DNA of 64,000 nucleotides from Candidatus Rokuibacteriota bacterium (GTDB lineage: Bacteria > Methylomirabilota > Methylomirabilia > Rokubacteriales > CSP1-6): NCBI GenBank assembly GCA_003221515.1, contig QHSI01000015.1:4895-68894 (forward strand). Reading direction: 5' to 3'. Shown here one piece after another: positions 27,481 through 41,060 of the stretch. The translations under genes were made by a program, and so were the position numbers. How positions within the stretch are numbered: position 1 is the stretch's first letter; each line of letters starts with the position of its first letter. The notes beneath the pieces were generated by a model. The model had not been told where the DNA came from. It saw only the letters and a list, made by a program, of their open reading frames with translations, and did no database searches.

Positions 27481-28380
27481 ATGTTCACGATCATCGACAA
27501 CGGACGCGCCAGCCCGGTGGACGAGCGCGCCGGGACGGACCTCGCGAAGCGAGCCGAGGCCGCCGGGCGCCCGGTGGCCATCGATCCGGTCGAGCGCGTC
27601 GCGTACCTCGGCGTCACCGCGTCCGACCGGGCCAGGGCGCTCTCCTCGCTCGAGGCCCCCGACTTCACGCTGCCCGACCTCGACGGTCGCCTGCACTCGC
27701 TCTCCCAGCACCGGGGACGCAAGGTGCTCCTCGTCGCGTACGCATCGTGGTGAGGGTGCCGTCTCGACCTGCCGGTCTGGCAGGGGGTCTACGAGGAGCT
27801 GCGAAGCCACGGCTTCACCGTGATCACCGTGGCGCTCGACCGATCGGACGACGACGCGCGTCCGTGGATCGAGACGGCGAAGCCCACTCATCCCTCGCTG
27901 ATCGACACCCGACACGTCCTGGCCGACCTCTACAACATCGTGAACGTGCCGACGATCCTCTGGATCGACGAGGTGGGGCGGATGGTCCGCCCGAACGACG
28001 TCGCCTTCGGCACCGACACCTTCAAGCACATCACCGGGCTCGAGGCCGCGCGGCACCTCGCGGCGCTCCGCGCCTGGGTTCGAGGCGAGGCGCCAGCGCT
28101 GCCGGAGGCACGGGTTCGCACGCTCCAGTCGCTGCCGACCGAGGCGGACCAGCAGGCGCGCGCGGAGTTCGGGCTCGGCGAGTGGCTGTCCGCCAACGGC
28201 CGCCGGGAGGCGGCCGTGCGCCACTTCACGCGAGCCGGCGAGCTGGCGCCGCACGACTTCACGATCCGGCGCGGTACGATGCCGATGCGCGGGGTCGACC
28301 CGATGGGTCCGGAGTTCCGCGCGATGCTGGGAGAGTGGGTCAAGGCAGGTAACCCGTACTATCGACCTTTACCGGAGTGA
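27481..28380 (+). CDS. thioredoxin-fold/AhpC-TSA-like selenoprotein with in-frame UGA (Sec) at 27751
   Basis: Track ORFs 27481-27753 and 27820-28380 share one frame. APDFTLPDLDG..YASW-U-GCRLDLP; SECIS-like hairpin right after the UGA. Confidence 0.85.
27766..27790 (+). promoter_or_regulatory. bacterial SECIS element (putative)
   Basis: CCTGCC-GGTCT-GGCAGG stem-loop, loop G about 21 nt after UGA, resembling the E. coli fdhF GCA-GGUC-UGC apical loop. Confidence 0.75.
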
Positions 28381-29375
28381 CCATGGGAATGCTCAGTGGA
28401 AAGAACGCGCTGGTGACGGGGGCGGGGCGAGGCATCGGCCGCGGGATCGCGATCGCGCTGGCCGCGGCAGGGGCGAAGGTCGTGGTCAACGACCTCGGCG
28501 CCTCGTTGAGCGGTGAGGGCGTCGAGAACAAGCCCGCCCAGATGGTGGTCGACGAGATCGTCAGGGCCGGGGGCGCCGCGAAGCCCAACTACGGATCGGT
28601 GGCGGATTTCACGCAGGCGGCCGCGATGGTCCAGCAGGTCATCGACGCGTGGGGCCGGATCGACATCGTCGTGCACGTCGCCGGCATCCTGCGCGACCGG
28701 ATGATCTTCAACATGACCGAGGACGAGTGGGACGCGGTGATGAACGTCCACCTCAAGGGCATGTTCAACGTGGTGCGGGCTGCGTCGGTCTCGATGCGCG
28801 AGCAGAAGGGCGGCCGCATCATCAGCATGTCGTCGGTGTCCGCGCTCGGCGCGCCCGGCCAGCCGAACTACGCCGCGGCGAAGGCCGGCATCATCGGGCT
28901 CACCTGGTCCACCGCCAACGCGATGGCCAAGTACGGCGTGACCGTGAACGCGATCATGCCGAGCGGCGCCACCCGCATGATCGACTCGACGCCGCGCGGC
29001 CGGCAGGTCTTCGAGTCGACCGGCAAGTGGCCGAGCGAGCTGGCGGTCGGGACGGACCGTGACCCCGACAACGTCGCGCCCATCGTCGTCTATCTGTCGA
29101 GCGACGCCGCCGCCAACGTGAACGGCCAGGTGTTCCACGCGCGGGGCTACGGCTACACCCTGCTGGAGCAGCCCCACGCCGTGCGGCACATCAAGGCCGG
29201 CCGCCGCTGGGATCCCGAGGAGCTGGTGAAACTCTTCCCCGAGACGCTCGGCGGAAATCTCAAGGTGCCGCCCAGCATCGAGTTCGCGCAGAAGCTCGAT
29301 GAGCGTCCCGCCGACGAGTGGCGCGACCTGGGCGGCGGCCGGCGGTTCTGGAAGTCCCGGTACGAGGAGCCTTGA
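28377..29375 (+). CDS. short-chain dehydrogenase/reductase
   Basis: TGAGRGIG, AGILRD, NYAAAK. Confidence 0.93.
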   Translation: MTMGMLSGKNALVTGAGRGIGRGIAIALAAAGAKVVVNDLGASLSGEGVENKPAQMVVDEIVRAGGAAKPNYGSVADFTQAAAMVQQVIDAWGRIDIVVHVAGILRDRMIFNMTEDEWDAVMNVHLKGMFNVVRAASVSMREQKGGRIISMSSVSALGAPGQPNYAAAKAGIIGLTWSTANAMAKYGVTVNAIMPSGATRMIDSTPRGRQVFESTGKWPSELAVGTDRDPDNVAPIVVYLSSDAAANVNGQVFHARGYGYTLLEQPHAVRHIKAGRRWDPEELVKLFPETLGGNLKVPPSIEFAQKLDERPADEWRDLGGGRRFWKSRYEEP

Positions 29376-29854
29376 AACACGTCCTCATGGTCTGCCACGC
29401 CAACACCGCCCGGAGCGTGATGGCCCAGCTGATGCTGGAGCGTATGCTGGTGGAGCGTGGCGCCAACGGCGCGATACGAGTGAGCTCGGGCGGGATCGCC
29501 AACTATGCGCGCGACGGCATGATCGCCTCGCTCGACGCGCGCCTGGCGCTTCGCGACGAGGGCATCCACCTCGGCGAAGCGGATTTCGCCTCGACGGACC
29601 TCAGACGGCACCGCCACCTCCTCGCCCAGGCGGACCTGATCCTGACGATGACGGCGCTCCAGAAGCAGATGCTCGGCGCCTACGCCGAGACGAGCGACCG
29701 GCTGGTCTTCACGCTACGGGAGTTCAGCGGCGAGGACGGCGACATCGAGGATCCGGCCACGCAGGGCGAGGATGTGTTCCGCGCGTGCCGCGACGAGATC
29801 AAGCGCTGCCTCGAGAAATCCATGGAACGCCTGCTGGCCATCCTGTCCGGATGA
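29372..29854 (+). CDS. low-molecular-weight phosphatase / arsenate reductase family
   Basis: VCHANTARS (CX5R), ADLILTM, DIEDP. Confidence 0.85.
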   Translation: MKHVLMVCHANTARSVMAQLMLERMLVERGANGAIRVSSGGIANYARDGMIASLDARLALRDEGIHLGEADFASTDLRRHRHLLAQADLILTMTALQKQMLGAYAETSDRLVFTLREFSGEDGDIEDPATQGEDVFRACRDEIKRCLEKSMERLLAILSG

Positions 29855-29878
29855 CGCGGTGGACGCCGTGACGCTCGC

Positions 29879-32778
<2,900 letters not shown>

Positions 32779-32794
<16 letters not shown>

Positions 32795-33162
32795 TCCTGA
32801 TCGTCGAGGACAACGACAAGAACCTCAAGCTGGTGCGCGACGTGCTCCAGCACCAGGGCTACCAGACGATCGAGGCGGGCACGGGTGAGGACGGCGTGCG
32901 GCTCGCGCGGGAGCGCCACCCAGCCCTGGTGCTGATGGACATCCAGCTGCCGGGCATCGACGGTATCGAGGCCTTGGGCCAGCTCCGCGCCGATCCGGCG
33001 ACGCGCGCGATCCCGGTGATGGCCGTCACCGCGTCGGTGATGGCCCACGACCGGAAGAAGGTCATGGGCGCCGGATTCGACGGCTACCAGACGAAGCCCA
33101 TCCGGGTGAGGGACTTCATCGAGGCGGTACGCGAGACGCTCGACCGCCGGGCCGGAGCCTAG
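32779..33162 (+). CDS. single-domain response regulator (DivK-like)
   Basis: VEDN, LMDIQLP, TKP. Confidence 0.93.
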
Positions 33163-33170
33163 CCGCGACT

Positions 33171-34262
33171 ATGGCCGAGAAGATCCTGGTGGTCGACGAC
33201 ACGCCCGTCAACGTGAAGCTGCTCGCCGACTTGCTGACGGTAAAGGGCTACGCCGTGGTCACCGCGGCGAGCGGGGCGGAGGCCCTGGCGGCGGTGGAGA
33301 AGGATCAGCCCGACCTCGTGCTGCTCGACGTCATGATGCCCGGCATGTCCGGCTACGACGTATGCCGGAAGATCCGCGCGAACGTCGCCACCGCGATGCT
33401 CCCGGTCGTCATGGTGACGGCGCTCGATCCCGTCCAGGAGCGCGTGAAGGGCATCGACGCGGGCGCCGACGACTTCCTGAGCAAGCCCATCAACCAGCCC
33501 GAGCTGCTGGCGCGCGTGAAGTCGCTGCTGCGGATCAAGCTGCTGCACGACGAGCTGGCCGAGTGGAGCCGCACGCTCGAGCAGCGGGTCGAGCAGCAGC
33601 TGGCCCAGCTCGACCGCCTCGAGCGGCTCAAGCGCTTCTTCTCGCCCCAGCTGGCCGAGCTGATCGTGAGCGGCGACGCCGAGGATCCGCTCAAGAGCCA
33701 CCGGCGCGAGATCGTGGTGGTCTTCCTCGACCTGCGAGGCTTCACCGCTTTCGCCGAGACCTCCGAGCCCGAGGAAGTCATGGGCGTGCTGCGCGAGTAC
33801 CACGTCGCGATGGGACGGGCCATCGTGGAGCACGAGGGGACGCTCGAGCGGTTCACCGGCGACGGGATGATGATCTTCTTCAACGATCCGGTGCCGGTGC
33901 CCGACGCCGCCGAGCGCGCGGTGCGCATGGCGCTGGCGATGCGCGCGCGCGTCGACGAGCTGCTCGTGCGGTGGCGCAAGCGCGGCTACGACCTCGACTT
34001 CGGCGTGGGCATCGCCCAGGGCTACGCGACGATCGGCGCGATCGGCTTCGAGGGCCGCATGGACTACGGCGCGATCGGCACCGTGACCAACATGGCGGCG
34101 CGCCTCTGCGGCGAGGCCCAGCCCCGCCAGATCCTCGTCTCGCAGCGCGTGCTCGGCGCGGTGGAGGCGCTGGTCGAGGCGGAAGAGCTGGGCGGCCTCA
34201 CGCTCAAGGGGTTCTCCAAGCCTGTCCCCGCGTTCAACCTGCTCCGACTCCGAGCGGACTGA
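33171..34262 (+). CDS. receiver domain + class III adenylate/guanylate cyclase
   Basis: REC (LLDVMMP); FLDLRGFT, RFTGDG, GTVTNMAARL, LKG. Confidence 0.93.
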   Translation: MAEKILVVDDTPVNVKLLADLLTVKGYAVVTAASGAEALAAVEKDQPDLVLLDVMMPGMSGYDVCRKIRANVATAMLPVVMVTALDPVQERVKGIDAGADDFLSKPINQPELLARVKSLLRIKLLHDELAEWSRTLEQRVEQQLAQLDRLERLKRFFSPQLAELIVSGDAEDPLKSHRREIVVVFLDLRGFTAFAETSEPEEVMGVLREYHVAMGRAIVEHEGTLERFTGDGMMIFFNDPVPVPDAAERAVRMALAMRARVDELLVRWRKRGYDLDFGVGIAQGYATIGAIGFEGRMDYGAIGTVTNMAARLCGEAQPRQILVSQRVLGAVEALVEAEELGGLTLKGFSKPVPAFNLLRLRAD

Positions 34263-34265
34263 ACC

Positions 34266-35795
34266 TCAGATCGTGCGGTCGCGACCCGCCCAGTAGGGGT
34301 CGCGCAGCATGCGCTTGATGAGCTTGCCGGCGGTGTCGCGCGGGAAGTCGTCGGGGAAGGAGACCTCGCGGGGCGCCTTGTAGTCGGCGAGGTGCTCGCG
34401 GGCGAAGGCGCGCACCTCGTCGGCGGTGAGCGTGTGCCCCGGACGGATCTGGATCGCCGCGTGGACGCGCTCGCCCCAGTCCTCGTCCGGGACGCCGAAC
34501 ACCGCCACGTCCTCGACGGCGGGGTGCCGGTGGAGCGCGTCCTCGATCTCGGCTGGGTAGATGTTGACGCCGGCCGAGATGATCATGTCCCGCTTGCGGT
34601 CGCAGATGTAGTAGTAGCCCTCCGCGTCCACCCGCGCGACGTCGCCGACGGAGTACCACTCACCGCGTCGGGTCTGGCTCGTCGCCTCGGCGTTCTTGTA
34701 GTAGCCGTCGAACATGCCTTCGAATCGCCGGATGTAGACCTCACCGGGCTCGCCCACCGCCACCGGCCGGCCGTCGTCGTCCAGCAGCGCGAGCTCGACG
34801 TTGGGGGCCGCGCGGCCGCACGAGCCGGGCTTTCGCAGGACGTCGGCGGGCGTCAGGATCGTGTTCACGCCGAGCTCGGTGGAGCCGTAGAACTCGTAGA
34901 AGCAGGGGCCGAAGTAGCGGAGCGCCTCCTCCTTGACGCGCATGGGACAGGGCGCGGCCGCCACGACGAGGCTCTTCATCGAGGCGACGTCGTAGCGCGC
35001 GCGCACCGCCTCCGGAAGGTCGAGGATACGCTTGACCAGCGTGGGCGCCATGAACGTGCTGGTGACCCGGTGCGTGTGGATCAGATGGAGGGCCTGCTCC
35101 GGTTCGAACTTGCGCATGACCACCACGGTGCCCCCCAGCACCGTCGTGAACAGCGCGAACGAGCCGGGCGCCGAGTGATAGAGCGGGCCAGCCACCAGGT
35201 GAACCTGGCCCTCGTGCATCATGCCGAGCGCCTGCATGAGATCCAGCGTGAGCCGCGGATTCACGCCGGAGCGGAGGGCGCCCTTGGGCTTTCCGGTGGT
35301 GCCGCCGGTGTAGATCATGGAGCCGCCGAGGCCCTGCGTCGGATCCACCGCGGGCGCCTCCGGGCTCCCGCGCTGCACGAGGTCGTCCAGGCTCGACGCC
35401 CACGGTCTGCGCTCGGCGCCGGTGAGGATCCAGGTGCGGACGTTAGGGGCCCGGCTCCGGATCTGCTCGGCGATCGGTACGAACGGATCGCCGACGAACA
35501 CGACCGCGGCGTCGGAATGATCGAGGATGTAGAGCACCTCGTCGGCGACCAGGCGGTGGTTCATCGGCACCGGCAGCGCGTTGACGGCGCGGACCGCGCC
35601 GGACGCCAGCAGGTACTCGAGCGAGTTGGGGGCGTAGACGATCGCGGTCTCGCCGCGCGCGAGGCCGAGCTTGGTCAGCGAGCTGGCGAGCCGGTTCCGC
35701 CGATCGAGGAGCTCGCGCCAGGTCCAGCGACGCGCGTCTTCGACGTACGCCACGGCGTCGGGCTTCGCCTGCGCGTGAACCGCGACGACGTCCAA
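34266..35795 (-). CDS. acyl-CoA synthetase (AMP-binding)
   Basis: YTGGTTGKPKG, YGSTE, GD, DRKRDMI. Confidence 0.93.
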   Translation of the reverse strand: MDVVAVHAQAKPDAVAYVEDARRWTWRELLDRRNRLASSLTKLGLARGETAIVYAPNSLEYLLASGAVRAVNALPVPMNHRLVADEVLYILDHSDAAVVFVGDPFVPIAEQIRSRAPNVRTWILTGAERRPWASSLDDLVQRGSPEAPAVDPTQGLGGSMIYTGGTTGKPKGALRSGVNPRLTLDLMQALGMMHEGQVHLVAGPLYHSAPGSFALFTTVLGGTVVVMRKFEPEQALHLIHTHRVTSTFMAPTLVKRILDLPEAVRARYDVASMKSLVVAAAPCPMRVKEEALRYFGPCFYEFYGSTELGVNTILTPADVLRKPGSCGRAAPNVELALLDDDGRPVAVGEPGEVYIRRFEGMFDGYYKNAEATSQTRRGEWYSVGDVARVDAEGYYYICDRKRDMIISAGVNIYPAEIEDALHRHPAVEDVAVFGVPDEDWGERVHAAIQIRPGHTLTADEVRAFAREHLADYKAPREVSFPDDFPRDTAGKLIKRMLRDPYWAGRDRTI

Positions 35796-35804
35796 CCGAA
35801 CCTT

Positions 35805-36687
35805 CTACTGCGGGTAGAGGTGGCAGGCGACCAGACGACCGGACTCGGGCAGGAGCTTCGGCTCCTCGGTGGAGCACCGGGGGAGGGCGTGCGGGCAGCG
35901 CGGGTGGAAGCGGCAACCCGACGGCGGGTTCATCGGGCTTGGCACCTCGCCGGTCAGGATGATCTCGTCACGTCGCTCGTCCGGATGCGAGGGCAGCGCC
36001 GCCGAGAAGAGCGCCTGCGTGTAGGGATGCTTGGGCGCCTTCGCGAGGGTCTCGCCGTCGCCGACCTCGACGATCTTGCCGAGGTACATCACCGCGATCG
36101 TGTGGCTCATGTGGGCGACCGCGGCCAGGTCGTGGGCGATGAAGAGGTACGACACGCCGAGCTGCGCCTGGAGGTCCCGCAAGAGATTCAGGATCTGGGC
36201 GCGGATGGACACGTCGAGCGCCGAGACCGGCTCGTCGAGGACGACGACCTTGGGCGAGAGCGAGAGCGCCCGCGCGATGGCGATCCGCTGGCGCTGGCCG
36301 CCCGAGAACTCGTGGGGGAACAGATCGGCCGCGCGCTCCGGCAGCCCGACCAGCTCCAGGAGCCGCAGCAGGCGCTTGCGCACCTCCACCGACGGCAATG
36401 GCTCGTTGGTGATGAGTGGCTCCATGATGATGGAGCCGACGCGCATTCTTGGATTCAGCGACGCGTAGGGGTCCTGGAACACGGCCTGCACCGAGCGCCG
36501 GTAGACCTTCAGGCTTGGTCTTACCGCAGCCCGGCTCGCCGACGAGCCCGAACGTCTTGCCGGGGTCGATCGTGAACGAGATGTCGTCGACGGCGCGGAC
36601 CGCGCCGACCTGGCGCGAGAAGAAGACTCCCTGCTTCACCGGGAAGTGCTTGGTGAGGTTCTTGGCTTCGAGGACAGGTCCCGCCAT
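35805..36687 (-). pseudogene. peptide/nickel ABC ATPase (OppF-like), broken near 36515
   Basis: [19 protein letters not shown] joined out of frame to [23 protein letters not shown]; about 30 aa missing. Confidence 0.85.
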
Positions 36688-36699
36688 CGCCCTACACGC

Positions 36700-37683
36700 T
36701 CACCTGGACCCCGGCGCCGAGAGCCAGCAGCGGCTCGTTTGCAAGTCGGCCACCCGAAACTCGGGCGGCGCCTCCGTTCGGCAGCGATCCATGACCTTGG
36801 GGCAGCGCGGGTGGAACGCGCAGCCCGCGGGCGGCGCCGACGGATCCGGCGGCTGGCCGTCGATCGCGGTGAGCCGCTTGCGACTGTCGCCGAGCCGGGG
36901 GATGGACTCGAGGAGCGCCTGCGTGTAGGGGTGCGCGGGCGAATTGTAGATCTGCTTCACCGGGCCCCACTCGACCATCCGCCCCGCGTACATGACCGCC
37001 ACCTGGTCGCACATCTTGGCGACGATGCCGAGGTTGTGGGTGATGAAGATCAGCGCCAGATTGTGGGAGCGCTGGAGGTCGCGCAGGAGGTTCAGGTATT
37101 GCGCCTGGATGGTGAGGTCGAGGCTCGTCGTCGGCTCGTCCGCGATGAGCACCCGCGGCTCGCACGAGATCGCGATCGCCCCCACGATGCGCTGCCGCAT
37201 ACCCCCGGAGAGCTGGTGGGGATACTCGCGCACTCGCGACTCCGGCGCGGCGATGCGGACGGCTTTGAGCAGATCAAGCGCCCGGCCCCACGCGCTGCCG
37301 CGGGACGCATGCTCGTGGACGCGGATCGGCTCCGCCACCTGATCCCCGATCGTGAAGAGCGGGTTCAGCGACGCCATCGGGTCCTGGAGGATCATCGCGA
37401 TCCGCTTGCCGCGGATCCGGCGCATCTCGCGGTCGGACTTCTTGAGCAGGTCTTCGCCCTCGAAGAGGATCTCGCCCGAGACGAACCGGGCCGCCGGAGG
37501 GAGCAACCGCAGCAGCGAGAGCGCCAGGGTGGTCTTGCCGGAGCCCGACTCGCCCACGATCCCGAGCGTCCCGCCCTGGTCGAGGACCAGCGAGACGTCG
37601 TCCACCGCACGCGTGACGCGCGTGCCGCGCGCGCTCACGTAGTGCGTGGAGAGATGCCGAAGCTCGAGGAGCGGGCCGGTCAC
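36700..37683 (-). CDS. peptide/nickel ABC ATPase (OppD-like)
   Basis: GESGSGKT, LSGGMRQR, DEPT, C-terminal CAFHPRC. Confidence 0.93.
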   Translation of the reverse strand: MTGPLLELRHLSTHYVSARGTRVTRAVDDVSLVLDQGGTLGIVGESGSGKTTLALSLLRLLPPAARFVSGEILFEGEDLLKKSDREMRRIRGKRIAMILQDPMASLNPLFTIGDQVAEPIRVHEHASRGSAWGRALDLLKAVRIAAPESRVREYPHQLSGGMRQRIVGAIAISCEPRVLIADEPTTSLDLTIQAQYLNLLRDLQRSHNLALIFITHNLGIVAKMCDQVAVMYAGRMVEWGPVKQIYNSPAHPYTQALLESIPRLGDSRKRLTAIDGQPPDPSAPPAGCAFHPRCPKVMDRCRTEAPPEFRVADLQTSRCWLSAPGSR

Positions 37684-38582
37684 AGCTGACGGAGCTGTGG
37701 GTCGAGCTTTACCCGGAGCCAGTCGCCCAGAAGGTTCGCGGACAGGACCATCAGCATGATGCAGGAGCCCGGTAGCACCGTAAGCCACCAGTACCCGGCC
37801 ATCATGCCCTTCTTGCCGTCGGCCAGCATCAGCCCCCACGCCGGCTGGGGCGGCGGCACCCCGACGCCGAGGAACGACAGCGTGGCCTCGGCGATGATCA
37901 CCACGCCGAGCTGCAGCGTGCCCAGCACGATGGCGGTGTTGACCACGTTCGGCAGGATGTGCCGGCGCATGATCGTCCACTTCGAGCAGCCGGCGACGAC
38001 CGCCAGACGCACGAAGTCCCGCTCCCGGATGGAAAGGACTTCGCCGCGGATGATCCGCGCATAGCGCGTCCAGAAGACGGCCGCGAGGATGATGATGATG
38101 TTCGACACGCTCGGCCCCACGATGGCGGCCAGGAAGATCGCGAAGACGAGGACGGGCAAGGCCAGCCACGCGTCGGTGATCCGCATGATCACCTGATCCA
38201 CCCAACGGCCGAGATAGCCGGAGATGATGCCGAGGGTCGTGCCGAGGAGCCCCGCGAAGATCACCGCGGTGAAGCCCACGATGATCGAGACGCGGGCGCC
38301 GAAGATGAGCCGCGAGAGGACGTCGCGCCCGAGATGGTCGGTTCCCAGGAGGTGGTCCAGGGTCCCGCCAACCTGCCACGCCGGCGGTCGGAACCGGTCG
38401 CCCAGCACGCCGACCTCGGGATTGTGAGGCGCGATGACATTGGCGAAGATCGCGACCAGCACCACCGTGAGGATGATCAGGACCGGGATGTGCGGGAATC
38501 CTTCGGTGCGAAAGGCGGCGAGCCGCCCGGCGAAGCTCAGGGTCGCCGCCACGGGCCGGCTGTGCGCAGCGCTACCGTTCAT
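37680..38582 (-). CDS. peptide ABC permease (OppC/DppC-like)
   Basis: LGTDHLGRD, EATLSFLG. Confidence 0.93.
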   Translation of the reverse strand: MNGSAAHSRPVAATLSFAGRLAAFRTEGFPHIPVLIILTVVLVAIFANVIAPHNPEVGVLGDRFRPPAWQVGGTLDHLLGTDHLGRDVLSRLIFGARVSIIVGFTAVIFAGLLGTTLGIISGYLGRWVDQVIMRITDAWLALPVLVFAIFLAAIVGPSVSNIIIILAAVFWTRYARIIRGEVLSIRERDFVRLAVVAGCSKWTIMRRHILPNVVNTAIVLGTLQLGVVIIAEATLSFLGVGVPPPQPAWGLMLADGKKGMMAGYWWLTVLPGSCIMLMVLSANLLGDWLRVKLDPQLRQL

Positions 38583-38606
38583 AGGATCTCCTCGGACAGA
38601 TTCGCG

Positions 38607-39527
38607 CTAGCGTTCAAATCTGATCCTCGGGTCGATGAAAGCATAGAGGATGTCGACCAGGAGATTGGTGACCACGATCATGGTGCCGGCCATCAGAATG
38701 TTCGCCTGGACGACCGGGAAGTCGCGGAAGGAGATGCCCTCGAAGAGCAGCCGGCCGACCCCGGGCCAGGCGAAGACCGTCTCCACGACGATCGCCGTGT
38801 TGACCATGATGACGAGATTGATTCCGGCCAGCGTGATCACCGGAATCAGCGCGTTCTTGAACGCGTGCTTGCCGATGACGAGCGCCTCGGGCAGCCCCTT
38901 GAGCCTCGCGAGCTTCACGTATTCCGATCCCAGTACCTCGAGCATCGACGAGCGCGTGAGCCGCATGTTGTAGGCGGCAAATACCCAGCCGAGCGCGATC
39001 GACGGCATCACCAGGTGGAGAATCGTTCCGGAGCCCGACGACGGGAGCCAGCCGAGGTAGACCGAGAAGAAGAGGATCATGATCAGCCCGACCCAGAACG
39101 AGGGCATCGAGAGCCCGAGCAGTGCGAACATCTTCCCGGCGCTGTCCCACCATTTGTTCACGCGCACCGCGGCGATGATCCCCGTCGGGATGCCGAGGAG
39201 CAGCGAGAACGCCATCGCCGCGGCGGCCAGTAGGAGCGACGCCGGCAGCCGCGACATATAGAGCTCGAAGACGTCCGTGCGGTAGTAGAACGACTGGCCG
39301 AAATCGCCCCGGAGGGCGTGCGTAATGAAGCTCCAGTACTGGACCCAGAGCGGCCGATCGAGACCGAACTGCGTACGGATCGCGTCGAGGTCCGCCTTGC
39401 TCGCACCCGGCTCTGCCAGCAGCACGGCGGGGTCGCCGGTGATGCGGATGAGAAAGAAGATCGTCAGCGAAAGAAGAAAGAGCGAGAGCAGGGCGAGCCC
39501 GATCCGCTTGAGCACGAATCGCTTCAT
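38607..39527 (-). CDS. peptide ABC permease (OppB/DppB-like)
   Basis: GDFGQS, ARLKGL, DPRIR. Confidence 0.93.
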   Translation of the reverse strand: MKRFVLKRIGLALLSLFLLSLTIFFLIRITGDPAVLLAEPGASKADLDAIRTQFGLDRPLWVQYWSFITHALRGDFGQSFYYRTDVFELYMSRLPASLLLAAAAMAFSLLLGIPTGIIAAVRVNKWWDSAGKMFALLGLSMPSFWVGLIMILFFSVYLGWLPSSGSGTILHLVMPSIALGWVFAAYNMRLTRSSMLEVLGSEYVKLARLKGLPEALVIGKHAFKNALIPVITLAGINLVIMVNTAIVVETVFAWPGVGRLLFEGISFRDFPVVQANILMAGTMIVVTNLLVDILYAFIDPRIRFER

Positions 39528-39583
39528 TGCGTCTTGTCCCTCATGTCTACTCGGGGAGGTGTGACCGCCCGAAAAGTTAAAGG

Positions 39584-39611
39584 ATTATGACTGATTTTCC
39601 TTCACTGTCAA
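39584..39611 (-). promoter_or_regulatory. sigma70-like promoter of the ABC operon
   Basis: TTGACA-16-CATAAT in an AT-rich patch. Confidence 0.55.
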
Positions 39612-39675
39612 TGGCCAGACGCGTCATCCCAGGCGCTTGGAGACCGCTGCCCGCCCGAGGGAATATCGGAACTGG

Positions 39676-41046
39676 ATGGCGATCGGCTACGGCCTGGTCC
39701 GAACGCTCGCGCGGTGGGTGCTGGAGGTGTTCTACCGGCGCATCGAGATCGTCGGAATCGAGCACCTTCCGGAAGGCGGCCCCCTGATCGTCGCGGCCAA
39801 TCATCAGAACGCCCTGGTGGACCCCATGCTGCTCCTGGGCCTGGTGCCGCGGCCGATGGTTCCGGTCGCCAAAGCGCCCCTGTTCCGCCACCCGGTCATC
39901 GGCCCGTTCCTCCGGATGGTCGGTGCGCTGCCGGTTCTGCGTCGTCAGGAGGGCAATGTCGACCCCGCCCGCAACCGGGAGACGTTCGCGGCCGTGTCCG
40001 CCCACCTCGCCGCCGGTGGCGCGGTGCTCATCTTCCCCGAGGGCACGAGTCAGCCCGAGCCGACGTTGATGCCGCTCCGCTCTGGCGCGGCCCGGATGCT
40101 GCTCGAAGCCGAAGCGGCGACCGACGGCGCGCTCGGCGTCGCTCTCGTACCCATCGGGCTCGTCTACCACGAGCCGGGAACATTTCGCGCGGGGCGTGCG
40201 TTACTCACGGTCGGTGAGCCCGTCCCCACCGGAGACTGTCTCGCGCTCTACCGAAACGAGCCTGACGGCGCGGCGCATCGCCTGACCGATCGTCTCTCGA
40301 CGGCGCTCCGGCGGCAGATCGTCGAGGCTGACGACCGCGAGACCCTTCGCCTTCTCCGCGCGCTCGAGTCGATCGCCCACGCCGGCGGGCCTCCGGACGC
40401 CCGGGCCGCTACCGCCCGCACCGCGTGGATGCAGGGCGCCATGCGGGCTTATCGGCATTTTCGCGAGCACGAGCCGGCGAGAGTCGCGAGCTTCCGCGCC
40501 GCGGTCGAGCGGTATCTCTCCGACCTCGAGCGCGCCGGGCTCTCGGACCGGGGCCTGGCCCAGCCGTACTCGGCCGGCGACGTCGTGCGCTACGCCCTGC
40601 GCGCGGCCACGTCGCTCCTGCTGGCGCTGCCGGCGGCCGCTTGGGGGATGGCCAGTCACCTGCTTCCGTATACGCTGACGGCGCTGACCCTGCGTCGCAT
40701 CAAGCCGGAGCCCGACGAGGAAGCGACGTACAAGATCATCGGCTCGGCCGTGATCTACCCGCTCTGCTGGCTCGTCGAGGGATGGCTGGCCTGGAAGCTC
40801 GGTCGGGGACCGCTGCTGGCGCTCTTCGCCGTGCTGCTGGTGCCGACGGGATTCTTCACCATCGCGTGGCGCGACCGACTCGAGCGAGTCGGTCGCGACG
40901 CGCGCGGCTTCTTCCGGCTGCTCGTGGAGCGTGACCTCCGGCGGCGGCTCGGCGCGCGCCGCCAAGCGCTGCTCGACGAGCTCGACGCGCTCGCCCGCCT
41001 CGTGCCCGACGCGGTACGCGCGGCGCCGCCGGACGGGCGCGCCTGA
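39676..41046 (+). CDS. phospholipid/glycerol acyltransferase with C-terminal TMs
   Basis: NHQNALVD (HX4D), FPEGTS. Confidence 0.9.
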   Translation: MAIGYGLVRTLARWVLEVFYRRIEIVGIEHLPEGGPLIVAANHQNALVDPMLLLGLVPRPMVPVAKAPLFRHPVIGPFLRMVGALPVLRRQEGNVDPARNRETFAAVSAHLAAGGAVLIFPEGTSQPEPTLMPLRSGAARMLLEAEAATDGALGVALVPIGLVYHEPGTFRAGRALLTVGEPVPTGDCLALYRNEPDGAAHRLTDRLSTALRRQIVEADDRETLRLLRALESIAHAGGPPDARAATARTAWMQGAMRAYRHFREHEPARVASFRAAVERYLSDLERAGLSDRGLAQPYSAGDVVRYALRAATSLLLALPAAAWGMASHLLPYTLTALTLRRIKPEPDEEATYKIIGSAVIYPLCWLVEGWLAWKLGRGPLLALFAVLLVPTGFFTIAWRDRLERVGRDARGFFRLLVERDLRRRLGARRQALLDELDALARLVPDAVRAAPPDGRA

Positions 41047-41060
41047 GCCGGGGCGACGCT

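Noticed and set aside
27751-27753. TGA as a true stop or nonsense mutation
   Set aside because: It falls at the catalytic Cys position, the frame continues, and a SECIS-like hairpin follows.
36490-36530. Programmed frameshift in the OppF-like gene (and the SBP at about 55953)
   Set aside because: No slippery site, and about 30 conserved residues are missing, so these are deletions or assembly joins.
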